64,000 nucleotides of DNA from Podarcis gaigeae (lineage: Eukaryota). A model generated the notes under the pieces. That model was not told the DNA's origin, made no database searches, and saw nothing but the letters and a program-made list of their open reading frames with translations. Shown here piece by piece: positions 52,120 through 64,000 of the stretch. The stretch lies in assembly GCA_964106915.2 (NCBI GenBank), contig OZ066921.1; one strand, given 5' to 3'. Within the stretch, counting starts at the first letter, position 1, and every line of letters starts with the position of its first letter. Made by a program: the position numbers and the translations under genes.

Positions 52120-52292
52120 ATAGTGCAAAAGAAGACTAGGACCTGGAAAAGGCCAGGGTTCAAATCCCTACCTGGACATGGGTGACCTTGGAAACTGGCC
52201 ACTGTCTCTCAAACTAAACTACCCCACAGGGTCATTGTGGGGATTAAGCGAGGAGGAGGGAAACCATATGCACCACCAGTAGGATATAAATA
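52120..52292 (+). mobile_element. Older Squam3/L2-tailed SINE
   Basis: ccagggttcaaatccc (B box)..gggtgaccttgg..ctaccccacagggtcattgtggggatta..ggatataaat. Confidence 0.6.
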
Positions 52293-54974
52293 CAAGAAAT
52301 CAATCATTAACAAAGTGGCTTGTTTGTGTACTAAGAAGGATGTGAGCTGAGGCTCATTGTGCTGGATTTGTGATTCTGTCGCTTCTTCTCTTTTCTTTTT
52401 TTAAAAATATCTCTCAAAAAGCTTTGTTGGCCTCTTTCAAGACGCCTCTGGTGTGAAGCTTGACTATAACACTCCTCTGCATTAGTGCTGCCAAAGTCCC
52501 AGTTCTGGGGATGTTCTCCCACTCTGCGTAGGCTTCTAAATGTCATGGAATGTGGCTTTAAGCAAGACAGCATGTATATGCCCACGAGGAAAGTGTACAG
52601 GTGTGTTACAGCAGCGTGTGCTATGCATAAAAATCATAATCCCATACCACTAGGTAGTAGAATTGTCCTTTAATTCTGCTTTTTAAATAGCCCTGTCTCC
52701 ACAAACCATGCTTTAAAAATGCCATTTGCACAGCAATTTATGGTGTAAGCCTAACCATGTCCTCTTTGGGGGAAGTTCTATTGAATTCAGTGTGGCTAAT
52801 TCCCAGCAAAGTGGGGTCCCAATTGCAACCTAAATGTTTGAGGATCTGAGCCCTTTCCACTGTGCAAAGTTATCTCATTTGATCTGGGCATTTAGTTTTC
52901 AGACATGCCTATCATTTTTATTTCTTGCTCTGAGCTTGGGGCTAGCAAGGGAGCAGCTTTCAGTTACTTATGTCTCATCATTTTAAAGCTTTTATTATGG
53001 GTAAGGGCCTCAAGACTTGGAAGTGGCTTGGGCCTCTTTGAACATTTGAAAGGTCCTGGCTGCAGACTACCTGCATGAAACTCATTCACAGACCACAGTT
53101 TGGGAATCCCTGAGCAAGTTCATAATGGTTTAGCTCTTTAGGGACACACTTGGTTGGAATCAAAAACAAGCTCTTGTATTAGCCCATGATAGCCACTGCA
53201 CCCTAAACTGGCAAGAGTGGAGAATTCCTCCTCCAAGTCATCGAAACTCAGAGACATGCAATAGGAGCCAAACCCCAAGGATAGCAAACTTTGAAGAACC
53301 TAATCTCCTTATTCCAAAAACCAAAATCTATCTATCGTGTCACATGTGTCCAAAGTCATTGGGTTGAGAACAAAATGTAGTTAGTACAAATGAAAAAGCC
53401 TAGGAAAACCGTAAGCTCAAAGTGATGAACAAAAAACCCCCCACTTTTTGAAATGACACCAGCTAAATGGCCGCAGGACAGAGACAAACAAAGTTCTGCA
53501 AGCTGTACACCCAGAAAACAAAGGCTTCCTATTTCGGTTGCAAATAATTAGGCATAAATCTGGCTGGGTACTCCTCTTTCTTTAATCGCTAATAAAGTTT
53601 GAGCGAAGCTATTTTTTGCAGTGTTCCTTTCTGTATCACTATTGTCAGCTTCAAATCTCAAACGCAATTGGAGTTATAATTACATTTTAAAAAATAGCAT
53701 TAAAATGACATTAAGGGCTGTAATTGGAACTTCTTGTCCTTATGCACAGAACTTCTAAGATTAGCACTGGGGATCCCACATATTTCACTTGGTAGATGCC
53801 ATATTAGATAGCCAGATAACATATTCTATCTGGCTATCTAATATGTTAGAATATTTGTTTCAAGAATAGGCAACTACCTCCACTCTCTTAACTCCCCTGC
53901 TTCACCCCTTGGATCCTACGTTAAAAAATAAAAGGAGTATGCCTCTGGAATAACACTGGCTTTAGCATAAGCAATGCTAATGTTACATCAATATAAAGTA
54001 ATAACACAAAGTGTGCACTGGGTGGAATGCAGACTATGAGAAGAGACTACTAAAAAAATTTTGGATGATGGGACCATAGGCTTTACAATCCTCCTCAAGC
54101 AGACAGCTCTAAAAACTATTTTTAAAGGTCATAAATTAGGTAGTCTCTTAAATGTAATTCAATCATCTACTTTTAAAGTAGCTAGATTCTATTAGTTGTC
54201 CCTTGCATTTTACAAAAACAGAGCTCCATTAACATTATTCACTTACAGTTTCCATCTATGAGTAGATATTCTGTTCAACCAGCTTTAAATAGATTCTTTT
54301 CCCCCCTCTCTTCTTCTGAAATTGCTATTAAGCATATTTTTACTGCAAGGGCAAAGTAGGCATAGGATTATGCCTGACTCCATGCAAAGGATAGATTTTC
54401 AGCAAGCAGAACCGCATTCCTATGAAGTAAAAATACTCGATATAAGCCGATTGTTTCTATCCTTGCTCAGTAAGGACTCTCCTCTGATCTTCAGAATTAC
54501 ACGCAGGTAGCCTAGTAAGGATGAACAGGACTGCTCTGTTACTGCACAATGCAACCAGTTTTCTCTCCTTTGAGAGTTTAGATTTAAATAATTTAAAGTA
54601 CAGTATTGCTTGGGAGTTCTCAGGGTGGGGGGGTGCACATTGGCTTTGAAAAGTTATCCCATAGTCACTGGCTTCATAAAACCCCTACAAGCTGCAATAA
54701 AATGTTGCTTCACCAATAGCAATCCTCAATTGGGAACTGACATCCCTAGTAGACTGAAGATAAAAATTAAAAATTAAACACTTGTCTCTGCACAGTCAAA
54801 ATTCAATTGTTTCAATTTTGTTATCCCAAGGTTGGTACTCTGTGATAACAACCTCTGTCTAGATAAACAAAGAATTCCAACCATACATCATCTTCCTGTT
54901 TGCCTTAAGTCAATGGGTCAAACAATGTTGTTTGAAAGCAATTAGAACACACATGTTTTGTTATGTAACAGATA

Positions 54975-55400
54975 CAGATGGGAGAGAAATTCAATCCAAT
55001 TCACTTTTAAAGGCAAACCTACCTAATCTGTACTTTCTGAAACCATTTAAGAACCAGAATACAGTCACCCTTCAAAATGTGCACTTCTCTGAATTTTGCA
55101 AGGGAATTTGTCAGTCAAGCAGCATGTACCAAGATGCATATACAAGGTTAAAGTGTGCATAAAAATGCATTTAGTAATTAAAAACAATATGCAGAAATGC
55201 ATTATATTATGGCAAACTGCTCTGCAAAAATGGGTCTATTTGGCAAAATTACATACAAAAATGTGTATATTGGGAGAAATTTACATTGGAATGCAGATAA
55301 ATTTCCATGAGAACCTTTAAAAAAGAGAAAAGAAAAGTGATGTGGAAATGTAGAGAACAGAACTTAAAAGTGGGGGGGGGGGGATGAGAAACTGAGAGAC
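54975..55400. mobile_element. Interspersed repeat, probable non-autonomous DNA element
   Basis: gatgggagagaaattcaatccaattcac.. start with repeated aaaatg(c/t)(a/g)ta motifs; resembles a recurrent lacertid repeat. Confidence 0.4.
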
Positions 55401-56721
55401 TCCAGTAAAGGATTGTCACAAATAAGCCTGAGCTGCATGAACAATACAAGGGGTCAAAACAGAGAATTCAACCCTCTCTCTTCTGCCATGGTCCCAACAG
55501 AATTTCCCACCCCCAGCTGTTTATATCAAGAAATAAGCCTCCTTTTGTTTAAACAGCATTGGCTGCTTTTTAACGAAACAAGTACACATTCCCTGCATCC
55601 ACACAATCCTCTGTCAAGGAATAGCCAAGGTAGCCCCCCAACCTCCAAACACCTAGGCTGCAATCAGAATATTCTGGATTAGACACCAGTCTTACTGAAG
55701 AAATTGACATGGAACAGTCCAGCCAAAGGAGTTGGCGGCAATCCAATTTGAGCTTCCAAAAGACCAACTTCCACATTATACGCTTGTACTGAGTTGGCAT
55801 GTGGTCTGGCTTCTTGGAATTGTGGGGACTGGGCAAAATGAAAACACAATTGTAATTGGCCCAGAAAGACACAAATTGTGAGCACTTGGGGTTCCAGTAC
55901 CTGATGATATGATGGCATATTTTACCACTTATTAATTTGTACCTTAATTAAATTATTATTTTATGTACATGAAACACAATCATGTTCAGCTGCTCTTAAA
56001 AAATAAATAAAAAGCCTGTTTTCTCGTGGGTGGGTTGGAAAGTTCCCCCCCTTTCCATTTTGGTTCCCATTGTTTTAATTCTATATATTGCACACATGTG
56101 TTCTCACAGCGCGGCACACTTAGTTATCGGAAACATCTGGGGTGCCCATGCTGTGGAGGAGGTCAGCTCTGCTTCTACTCTAACTGCCTGTCTTTATTAA
56201 TTTATTAAGCTCGGATTTGCTGGTGGTACAGTCTTGGAACACTGTTGGAGGGCATAGGTTAGATTCAGTAGCAATTCTCCCCAAGAGCAAGCATAAATAG
56301 GACTGTTTGAATTATAGGGAAAGCCTCTCGTTTCTTGAGGAACCACAACACAGGGAATTTTAACTGACGCAGAAATACGAGCACAAGGTTTTTGAATGGC
56401 ATGAGTCCGGGTGATTTGTAAAGCGATGTGAAGTGTCTGTGTGGAGACCCCACAAGTCTGTTACTTAGAAATAAAAATGTGATCAGATATGAACCATTAA
56501 AGATGGAACAAGCTCTGACATGGACTTATATTATTCAAACACCCTTGTACCTTTCTGTTTGAATAGAATGCTAATAGTTTATTTCGACATTGCCATCAAC
56601 AGCAGAGTACTTCAGTATTGTAAAGTTTGCACAGTCCTTTCAGTAAGTTAAGTAGATGGAGTCGGTTCAGTAGATCAAGGTACTATAGTTCCTCTTCCCT
56701 TTGCATCATTGTTGTGAAGTA

Positions 56722-56930
56722 CAGTGGTACCTCGAGTTAAGTACTTAATTCGTTACAGAGGTCCGTTCTTAACCTGAAGCACCACTTCAGCTAATGAGGC
56801 CTCCCGCTCCCGCCGCGCCGCTGGAGCACGATTTCTGTTCTTATCCTGAAGCAAAGTTCTTAACCTGAAGCACTATTTCTGGGTTAGCAGAGTCTGTAAC
56901 CTGAAGCGTATGTAACCCGAGGTACCACTG
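56722..56930. mobile_element. Tc1/mariner (Tigger-like) MITE
   Basis: TIRs cagtggtacctcgagtta / taacccgaggtaccactg; TA TSD; same family as 10432-10641. Confidence 0.92.
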
Positions 56931-58939
56931 TACTAACTATCCCCTTGCATTTAGTAAGATGTTTCAGCAGTGCTCTTTAGCTTTAGGCCCCCAGATGGCA
57001 TTGAACTACAACTCCCATCATCTCTAGGGGATGATGGAACTTTGAGTTTACTCCACTGAATATGTGAATTACTATTTAGCTTCAGCTCTTTGCAAGAGGG
57101 TTACCAGTTTCTGTGCCTTAAACACTATCTATAGTACACAATGCATTAAATCACTTAAGGGGAGTGCCCTACTTCAAGAGAAAAAAATGGGAATGTAAAG
57201 TACTGTCAATAGAATAGAACCACTGCAAATGTTGAATGCTTTGAACATGGTCTTTAAAACAAAACAAAACCTAGTTTTCAGCTTAATCCTGTTGCTTTTA
57301 AAAGGTTTGAGTTTCAAGAGCCTGCCCTGGCTACAAAGACAAAGGCAGTAATGTAAAAAGTTATGCAAAGTCCCCTCTTTTGGAAACAATTTGTCTGTAC
57401 ATAAAAAAGAGAGAGAGATGGAATTAAGCCGTAAATACTCTAGGTATAAACACAAACAGCTTTATTGCAGGTTTTTCCAGAACTCCCAAAGACTCCCAAG
57501 ACTGATTCAGGGAATAATTATGGTATGGAAACGTCATGCAATTTTTGTCACTGATCTTTTCCATGCAAAGTCAGTTTCCATGTGTATTCAATTCAAGGTT
57601 CAAAATTGAAGACTTATGTCGGGGGGAGGAAAAAAATCATAAGTGAAAAATGGAAAACATTGCCATGGGGCACAGCCCAATTCCCATATGAAACGCTGAT
57701 CAACTAATCATAAAAGCACTAAGCAAAAAGTTATTATACAATTAGTTGCTGGTAGCCTACAAAGGGGGCAATCTATTCACTCATCAATTGAGCTGGCCCA
57801 CAGGCTTCTTCATGGTCCAGAGAAGATGAATGTTATGGCCCAAATGACATATTTAACACAAATGTAGTCCAACAGTCCCTTCAGAATATATATTTGAAAG
57901 CTTCAAATGGGCACAGTTCCCCCTAAGGACACAACTTCTATGACCCCATCCTCAGATATCACCTTTCTGAGGACTCTATCCACCAAGACCATCACTATCA
58001 GATGCAGTGTAGCGAACTTAAGATTTAAAGTTATATCAAATGACGTGAACACCTCAACACACCCACACCCCATTTTTAATATGATGCCATAAAGTCTGAG
58101 TTCACATCTACTAAGGGTGTAGGATCTGACCCTCTGAGCCCTCATGTCTCCTGATTTGATTTAAAACAAACTAAAAAAACAGTAGATTGCCCATTGTGTG
58201 TTTATTGTATGCAACATCACAACTGAAATGTACTCTGCTGGTTTTGTTTCTGTTGAACTTGTTTCTGTTGTTGTAAAAGAACTATCAGACCACTATTCCA
58301 CATGTTGCTCTTGTTGTTTAATCATTAATAATTGATGCTATTAATAATGATTCAATTTACATCCACCCTTCCTCCTGGAGACCTGGTTTGCACCATGAAG
58401 TTTACAATCCGAGATTTTGTTGTTGTTGTTGTTGCTTTAAATCAACTTTGTAGTTCCAAGAGCCAAGATCCACCAAAACCTTAAACGTCAGAAGCATTAC
58501 TTTGTTCTTGCTTTGCAAAAGTAAAATTTAACTTAACCATTTTGAGTGCTTAATTTAATCTACAAAGCCATTTTCCTTTTCTGCTCCAGCGCAGAATACG
58601 TTGTGGGAAGGATGATTTGCCCTATTAATCTAAAGTTGATTTTTCTCTCCAGGATTATGGAGAATATGGACCGCTTTCCTTCTCTGTGAGACAAGTTTGA
58701 CTTTCCTTCCTTGCTTCATATGGAACACCATAGATGCAAGAAAGGTTGAAATAGACTTCTTAGTGCCATGTTTTAAAACACCCACAGCCGACATCCTCCC
58801 CACCTTGGGAACAGGTTGGAATGAAAACACATCTGTGACCCAAACTGTGTGCAAATTTTCTCCAATGTTTTATTTTGTTAGCGAGTACAATTGTGAGGGA
58901 TGACATTTGAGGTGGGATACTAGGAAGAGTATCTTTTTA

Positions 58940-59115
58940 GGAACATAGGAATTTGCCATATAGAGGATCAGATGTGGCTCAGTACTGACCACACTGGCTG
59001 GCAGCAGCTCCCTGGTGTTTCAGACAGGAAGGAATCCCAGCCCTACTTTGAGATGCCAGGGATTGAAATGGGACCTTCTGCATTCAAAGCTCTACCATTG
59101 TCCATTGGCCCTTCC
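58940..59115 (-). mobile_element. tRNA-derived SINE (Squam2-like)
   Basis: cccagccctactttgagatgccagggattgaaatgggaccttctgcattcaaagc. Confidence 0.6.
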
Positions 59116-60493
59116 CCTCTGATGGATTTTCTACTAAAAAAAAAAAAAGCCCCCAAACTCTCTTTTTCCCATCCACAGTAGAGAAAAGCAGTTGGGGGAA
59201 TGTTCTTAGTGGAAAAGCTACTAAAATCCTCCTTCCCATCTCCCCATTCCACTCTAGAGCCTTTCATGGCTGCATTTTGCAATAAAACACAATGTTGGAG
59301 ACAAACTGCATGCAACTGAGTGTCATGTATAATTTGTGGTTTGATGAGGAATGCAGAGCACCCAAAGAGCAACACTAGGGTGTTGATACAGGCTGCAAGT
59401 GAGGAGTGTAAGTGGGACATGGGAATTTGGCTTGCCCTTAACAACCTTGGACAACTTTCCCGTGAGCTTGGAAGGATTGCAATTCCAGGCAGTCATCTAA
59501 AAACGATACAAGTTTGCAGTGCGGATATACCCCTCCCCTCCAACTATTTTACATCCTATGCTGAAATCTAAACCTAACTCATTACTATTATTTATTAAAT
59601 TTATTAGTTCCTTTTTTGCCATGGCAACTCAAAACGACTTACAATATTTTAAGCAAAAGAACATACACATACATACATTAAAAAAAGCATTTACAAAATA
59701 ATAATCTGCCATTCTATGCTCAATTAAATACTTTTGGTCACTGTGGGATTTTCTTTTGAACAAGAATCTGCTGCAAATCTAAGACATGTTTCTTACCAGT
59801 TGAATTTTAAAGGAAATATGGGCTATAAACAGGAGCACTACAATGTAGAGTAGGTGGGGGGGGGGTCACGCTTGAACCTATCACTGTGTACAAAACCAAA
59901 AGTTTCAATGGTGTTATTGAGCAGGACAAATATGAAACTATGGAAAACACATTGGCAAAAAAGCAGAGTGGCATGGCATGTGTTTTCACACCCAAATACA
60001 CATATGGTGTGCTTTGGAGCTTGCATCACAAGGAGGCGTGTGAACCCTCAGATGCAAAACATGTGTGTTGGACCAATTAATCGTTCTCACCATTAAAAAA
60101 ACACATTTTTTTCAAGCCTGGGTTAAAAAATACATTTAGGGGTTGCACTGAAAGGTTTTCTATTCTTCAAAAAGGAAATGCCCTACAAACAATCAAATAT
60201 TAACCAAATTTCTCTAATTAGATGGAAAATGCCCTCATCAACGAAAGAAGCCAATTTAATTCAGTAGCTCAAAACTAATGCTGTATGATGCAGCCAGCTT
60301 ATAACTTCTGGAGCATATTAGCTTCATCCACACCCCAGATGTTGCATGGGAAAGATAGTTCTCATTCTCAAGCATGTGGCAAGTGGTAAATTTAGAAAAC
60401 TCCCAATTAATTCAGGAGGCTTCCACTGCAGATCAGTTTCTGGGCTTTCTTTGCACAATACACAAGTGACCTGTGGGGAACCAGAACAAATAC

Positions 60494-60746
60494 AAGAAGA
60501 AGAAGAGGAAGAGTTTGGATTTGATATCCCGCCTTTCACTCCCTTTAAGGAGTCTCAAAGTGGCTAACATTCTCCTTTCCCTTCCTCCCCCACAACAAAC
60601 ACTCTGTGAGGTGAGTGGGGCTGAGAGACTTCAGAGAAGTGTGACTGGCCCAAGGTCACCCAGCAGCTGCATGTGGAGGAGCGGAGACGCGAACCCGGTT
60701 ACCCAGATTACGAACTACCGCTCTTAACCACTACACCACACTGGCT
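60494..60746 (-). mobile_element. Squam3-like SINE, full length
   Basis: Near-identical to 22691-22947 with (CTT)n tail. Confidence 0.9.
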
Positions 60747-61111
60747 GGGGCCCATCCAGACTGGTGTTTCATTTACAGTTGCATTATTTAGTCATAGTAC
60801 ATTGGTGATTAATTTATTCTGCTTTAGTCTGTTCCTCGATGGTGCCCCCAATCCTACACACTATTGGTGTTCAGAGAGGTTACAGAGGGACAAAAGTGGG
60901 GTCAAAAATAAACTAGAACATTTGTGATTAAAAAAATAATAAGAATTGGGATTTCAGTAGAAAGTTACTGGATATGCACTGATTAGAAGTAAAACAGTAT
61001 GACTATCCCAACTGTTAAAGTTACAGATAGGTAGCCGTGTTGGTCTGCCATAGTCAAAACAAAACAAAATCCTTCCAGTAGCACCTTAAAGACCAACTAA
61101 GTTAGTTCTTG

Positions 61112-61149
61112 GTATGAGCTTTCGTGTGCATGCACACTTCTTCAGATAC
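61112..61149 (-). ncRNA. Minimal type I hammerhead ribozyme motif (antisense copy)
   Basis: Minus strand GUAU-CUGAAGA-A-GUGUGCAUGCACAC-GAAAGCUC-AUAC with 4-bp helix I. Confidence 0.75.
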
Positions 61150-61159
61150 ACAGAATGTT

Positions 61160-61196
61160 TATCTGAAGAAGTGTGCATGCACACGAAAGCTCATAC
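61160..61196 (+). ncRNA. Minimal type I hammerhead ribozyme motif
   Basis: UAU-CUGAAGA-A-[GUGUGC AU GCACAC]-GAAA-GC-UC-AUA: core boxes, helix II, palindromic AGCU helix III, short helix I. Confidence 0.75.
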
Positions 61197-61489
61197 CAAG
61201 AACTAACTTAGTTGGTCTTTAAGGTGCTACTGGAAGGAATTTTTTTTGTTCCAACTGTTAAAGGGCACAAACAGCAATGGAAGTGGGATTGTGTGTAACC
61301 ACCCCAAGAGCAACATAAGAACAATCTTCAACCATGATAGTTGAATGAGCACAAATTAACAATAGAAGGGATATCTGGAGGAGCCCTAGATACACAAACA
61401 AGTATTAAGGGGATTCAAGTGGGCCCATGAAACAAAACGCGTGAAGTGTGTGAAGTGCTTCTGATCAGGATAGCATTCCACTCCAGGAA

Positions 61490-61645
61490 GGATGCTGCCT
61501 TATTCTGAATCAATATCCAGTTTGATATTGTCTACAGTGACTGGCATCAACTCTCCAAGGTTCAGGCAGGAAGCCTCTCCCAGCGCTACCTGAAGAAGCC
61601 ATTGGAGATTGAACCTGGGACCTTCTGCATGCAAAGCAGACTCCG
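61490..61645 (-). mobile_element. tRNA-derived SINE (Squam2-like)
   Basis: gagattgaacctgggaccttctgcatgcaaagcag. Confidence 0.6.
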
Positions 61646-63644
61646 GCCCACCCTTAATGGATGGCTGGGTTGGGTGGTTGGCATATGAATTGTTGATTTG
61701 TCCATTGACATCTGTGAGTGGTTCTCACTTCTGTTCCTGGGGACATCTAAAAATAGTATAAACCAGGAGATGTCCTAGCGAGACTATGAGATAGTACCAG
61801 CTACTCTTTTAACATCTATTTGGATCTCTTCCTGCATCCTTCTTTTCCAGCTACACTGTTCCATCCCCCCCTCCTTAAGCCAGTTTCCAGCTTTTCCTTT
61901 CAGCTATCAGTCCGCATTCCACTCCTAAGTCTGTTGGTGCCTCGCCACTTGTGCATGACTCTTACAATTTTGGCTACGAAAGCAAAATGGCACTCAATGA
62001 AGGGACTCGGAATATAGGCTTGGTGTTACTCCAGTAATTCTTTGTGACACTCATTCTCAGTGGATTGCCTGCATGCCATACAAGCTGTACCAATCCTCAA
62101 ATTACTTCCCACTGTCATTTCCTAACAACAATCTCTGTTGCAAGAGTGCCCTACTCTTGCCTATCCTGTTTATTCATGTCCCCTGTAGCATGAAGTTATG
62201 ACTGGAAATAATAGTAGAGATTCTGCTTACTGGCAAAGAGCTCCACTCAGAACATGAAAGACACCTGAATCTTAGATAAAGCATTTACACTTGAATCTGC
62301 TGCACTTGTTCAGGAATGGGAAACCTCTGGTCCATGGTCAATCTTGACCCATTAGGGGGTTCAATTTGGCCTGGACAGCTAGGCAGAGCTGCCCACCTCC
62401 ATCATCATGATGTCAGATGATTGACAGGTGGGTGACCCCACTCACCCACTCATAGGGTGGATGAAATGTTTCCCCCGAGTTTGAGGAACAGACCTTTCCA
62501 CCCTCCTCTCTCTGTGCATTCCCTGCATCATCTTCAAATCTACTCCAGAGAGTTGGGGGACCTCCCACAACAGATTTAGAGGGCATGGAGGGAGAGAGGG
62601 AGCAAATTGCATTGCACAGTCAAAAGTCCTTGCACTGATGGAACAACATAACTGGATATTCCTCATAGTACATTGAACATTCTTCTTTTTTCTACTTATA
62701 TTCCTTATGCACAGTTGGGGGGCAGGGGACAGCCACTAGAAACGTGGAGGTAGTCATATGGTTGCTGTCGTACTTATATACTTGCAGTAACCAATTTTGC
62801 ACTATTCATATACAGTGCACAAGCATAGGGTAAAAAGGAAATATATTGTTGAGACTGAAACACGATCTGCTAATCCTGCCTTGGAAAGTAAGGGTTTATG
62901 GCTGGCTTGCTCAAGAATCTAAGTAACAACAGAGATGAGTAGCACACATATGAGGAAAGATTGCCAGGGCAGACACATAAAGTCAGCTGCCATAGACATG
63001 AAAGAAAAGGAACTTTTTAACATTTAATGTTGAATCCTCCACTCGTAACACACCATTTTCCATTACAACAACTGGTGACATGCCAAAAGAAGGGTGGAGT
63101 GGTCCAAGGCTAAACTTGAGTTGCTAGGATTCATCTGCTTTCATCTGCAAAACCACAGATCTGGGATGTGTGAAGAGAATTGAGTTTCTGAGGATGCACA
63201 GAGTGCCTTTCCTTCAGTAGTGAAGAAGTACAGCCTGCTTAAACATCCCTAAGACTACAGGGCAGGGCTTTCATGTTACATGTTACAGGTTTCAGGTTTC
63301 AGGTTACAGGATGTGGTTTCCATCAGATTGCAATTCTAACTTACTTGGGACATGCTTTAAAAAATAAGTGCTGGGGGGAAATCCTAAAATCTAAGTGTAT
63401 AAAATTTCCCCTGCTCTAAACAGGCATCAGGACTGAAAGCCAAGATCAAACCAATCCTGCTGTCATACAATTTACAACATATCCAAAACATGTCCAAAAT
63501 ATTCCTGATGTGCAAAAGTCAAAGATGTTTAATTAAAATTGACCAGAATCCATCTTCTGTCCCCGTGCTTTGAAAAAGAAAAAAAGAAGTCAATTCTTCA
63601 GCTAAATTTAAAGATTAAATATGATTAAAATTTCTGTAGAATGT

Positions 63645-63870
63645 CTAGGTTTTCTGGAATAGACTATTCCAGCCATCAAAATATTGATAGTCATTGGTAA
63701 ATGACTTCTGGTGTTTAATCAATGTTATTTTTTTATCATCCAATTTTTCCTTCAAGTCAGCTTTGAACACTAAACTGCATTTCATCAAGGTTGGTAAAAT
63801 GTTTAGAAAGGAACAGATGTCAGAATATGGGGATTGCCAATAACACTGATGGAATCCAGTAATTTCTTTC
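63645..63870 (-). CDS. Possible terminal coding exon of an unidentified gene
   Basis: Minus-strand acceptor ttcttcattcttttgcctttggacag|GAAAG at 63871/63870. Frame is ambiguous, with stops at 63820, 63803 or 63645. Confidence 0.3.
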
Positions 63871-64000
63871 CTGTCCAAAGGCAAAAGAATGAAGAATAAT
63901 CTCAACTGTATACAATAATAGAAGATTTACTGCAACATTAATGGCTATAAAAAAATAAAAGTACATAAAAGCTATCTCCATTTTTTCAAGCCATCACTAA

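Larger units (their letters stand above)
61021..61250. mobile_element. Penelope-like element remnant: inverted pseudo-LTR pair
   Basis: Perfect 79-bp inverted repeat (61070-61148 / 61160-61238) with 11-nt spacer; 13-bp direct repeat ccaactgttaaag at 61008-61020 and 61251-61263. Confidence 0.85.

Noticed and set aside
57903-58145. Overlapping opposite-strand ORFs of 61 and 80 aa
   Set aside because: No convincing splice signals or recognisable homology.
61070-61238. Hairpin as pre-miRNA or hAT/mariner MITE
   Set aside because: Perfect 79-bp stem, 13-bp TSD offset from the arms and hammerhead cores fit a Penelope inverted pLTR better.
1-64000. CRISPR arrays, operons or prokaryotic systems
   Set aside because: Sequence is vertebrate; no regularly spaced repeat-spacer array or gene-dense region.

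Overview
Vertebrate (squamate) genomic DNA, most likely a lacertid lizard as judged from Sauria/Squam1 and Squam3 SINE copies. The window is essentially non-coding (gene desert or large intron), with no intact protein-coding gene, rRNA, tRNA or CRISPR. It holds many transposon copies and fossils: SINEs, CR1, L2 and possibly L1 fragments, Tc1/mariner (Tigger-like) and hAT MITEs with visible TIRs and TSDs, and a fragmented hAT-Tip100/ZMYM-type transposase with nested insertions. It also has microsatellites and six N-runs of 142-332 nt. TE-poor, homeobox-motif-rich blocks resemble conserved non-coding enhancers, and several directly flank the N-runs. The most striking local structure is a TSD-flanked Penelope-like insertion (61021-61250) forming a perfect 79-bp inverted repeat, each arm carrying a minimal type I hammerhead ribozyme motif. 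A possible minus-strand terminal exon of an unidentified gene lies near the right edge. Repeat family names come from recalled consensus features, not from a database search.
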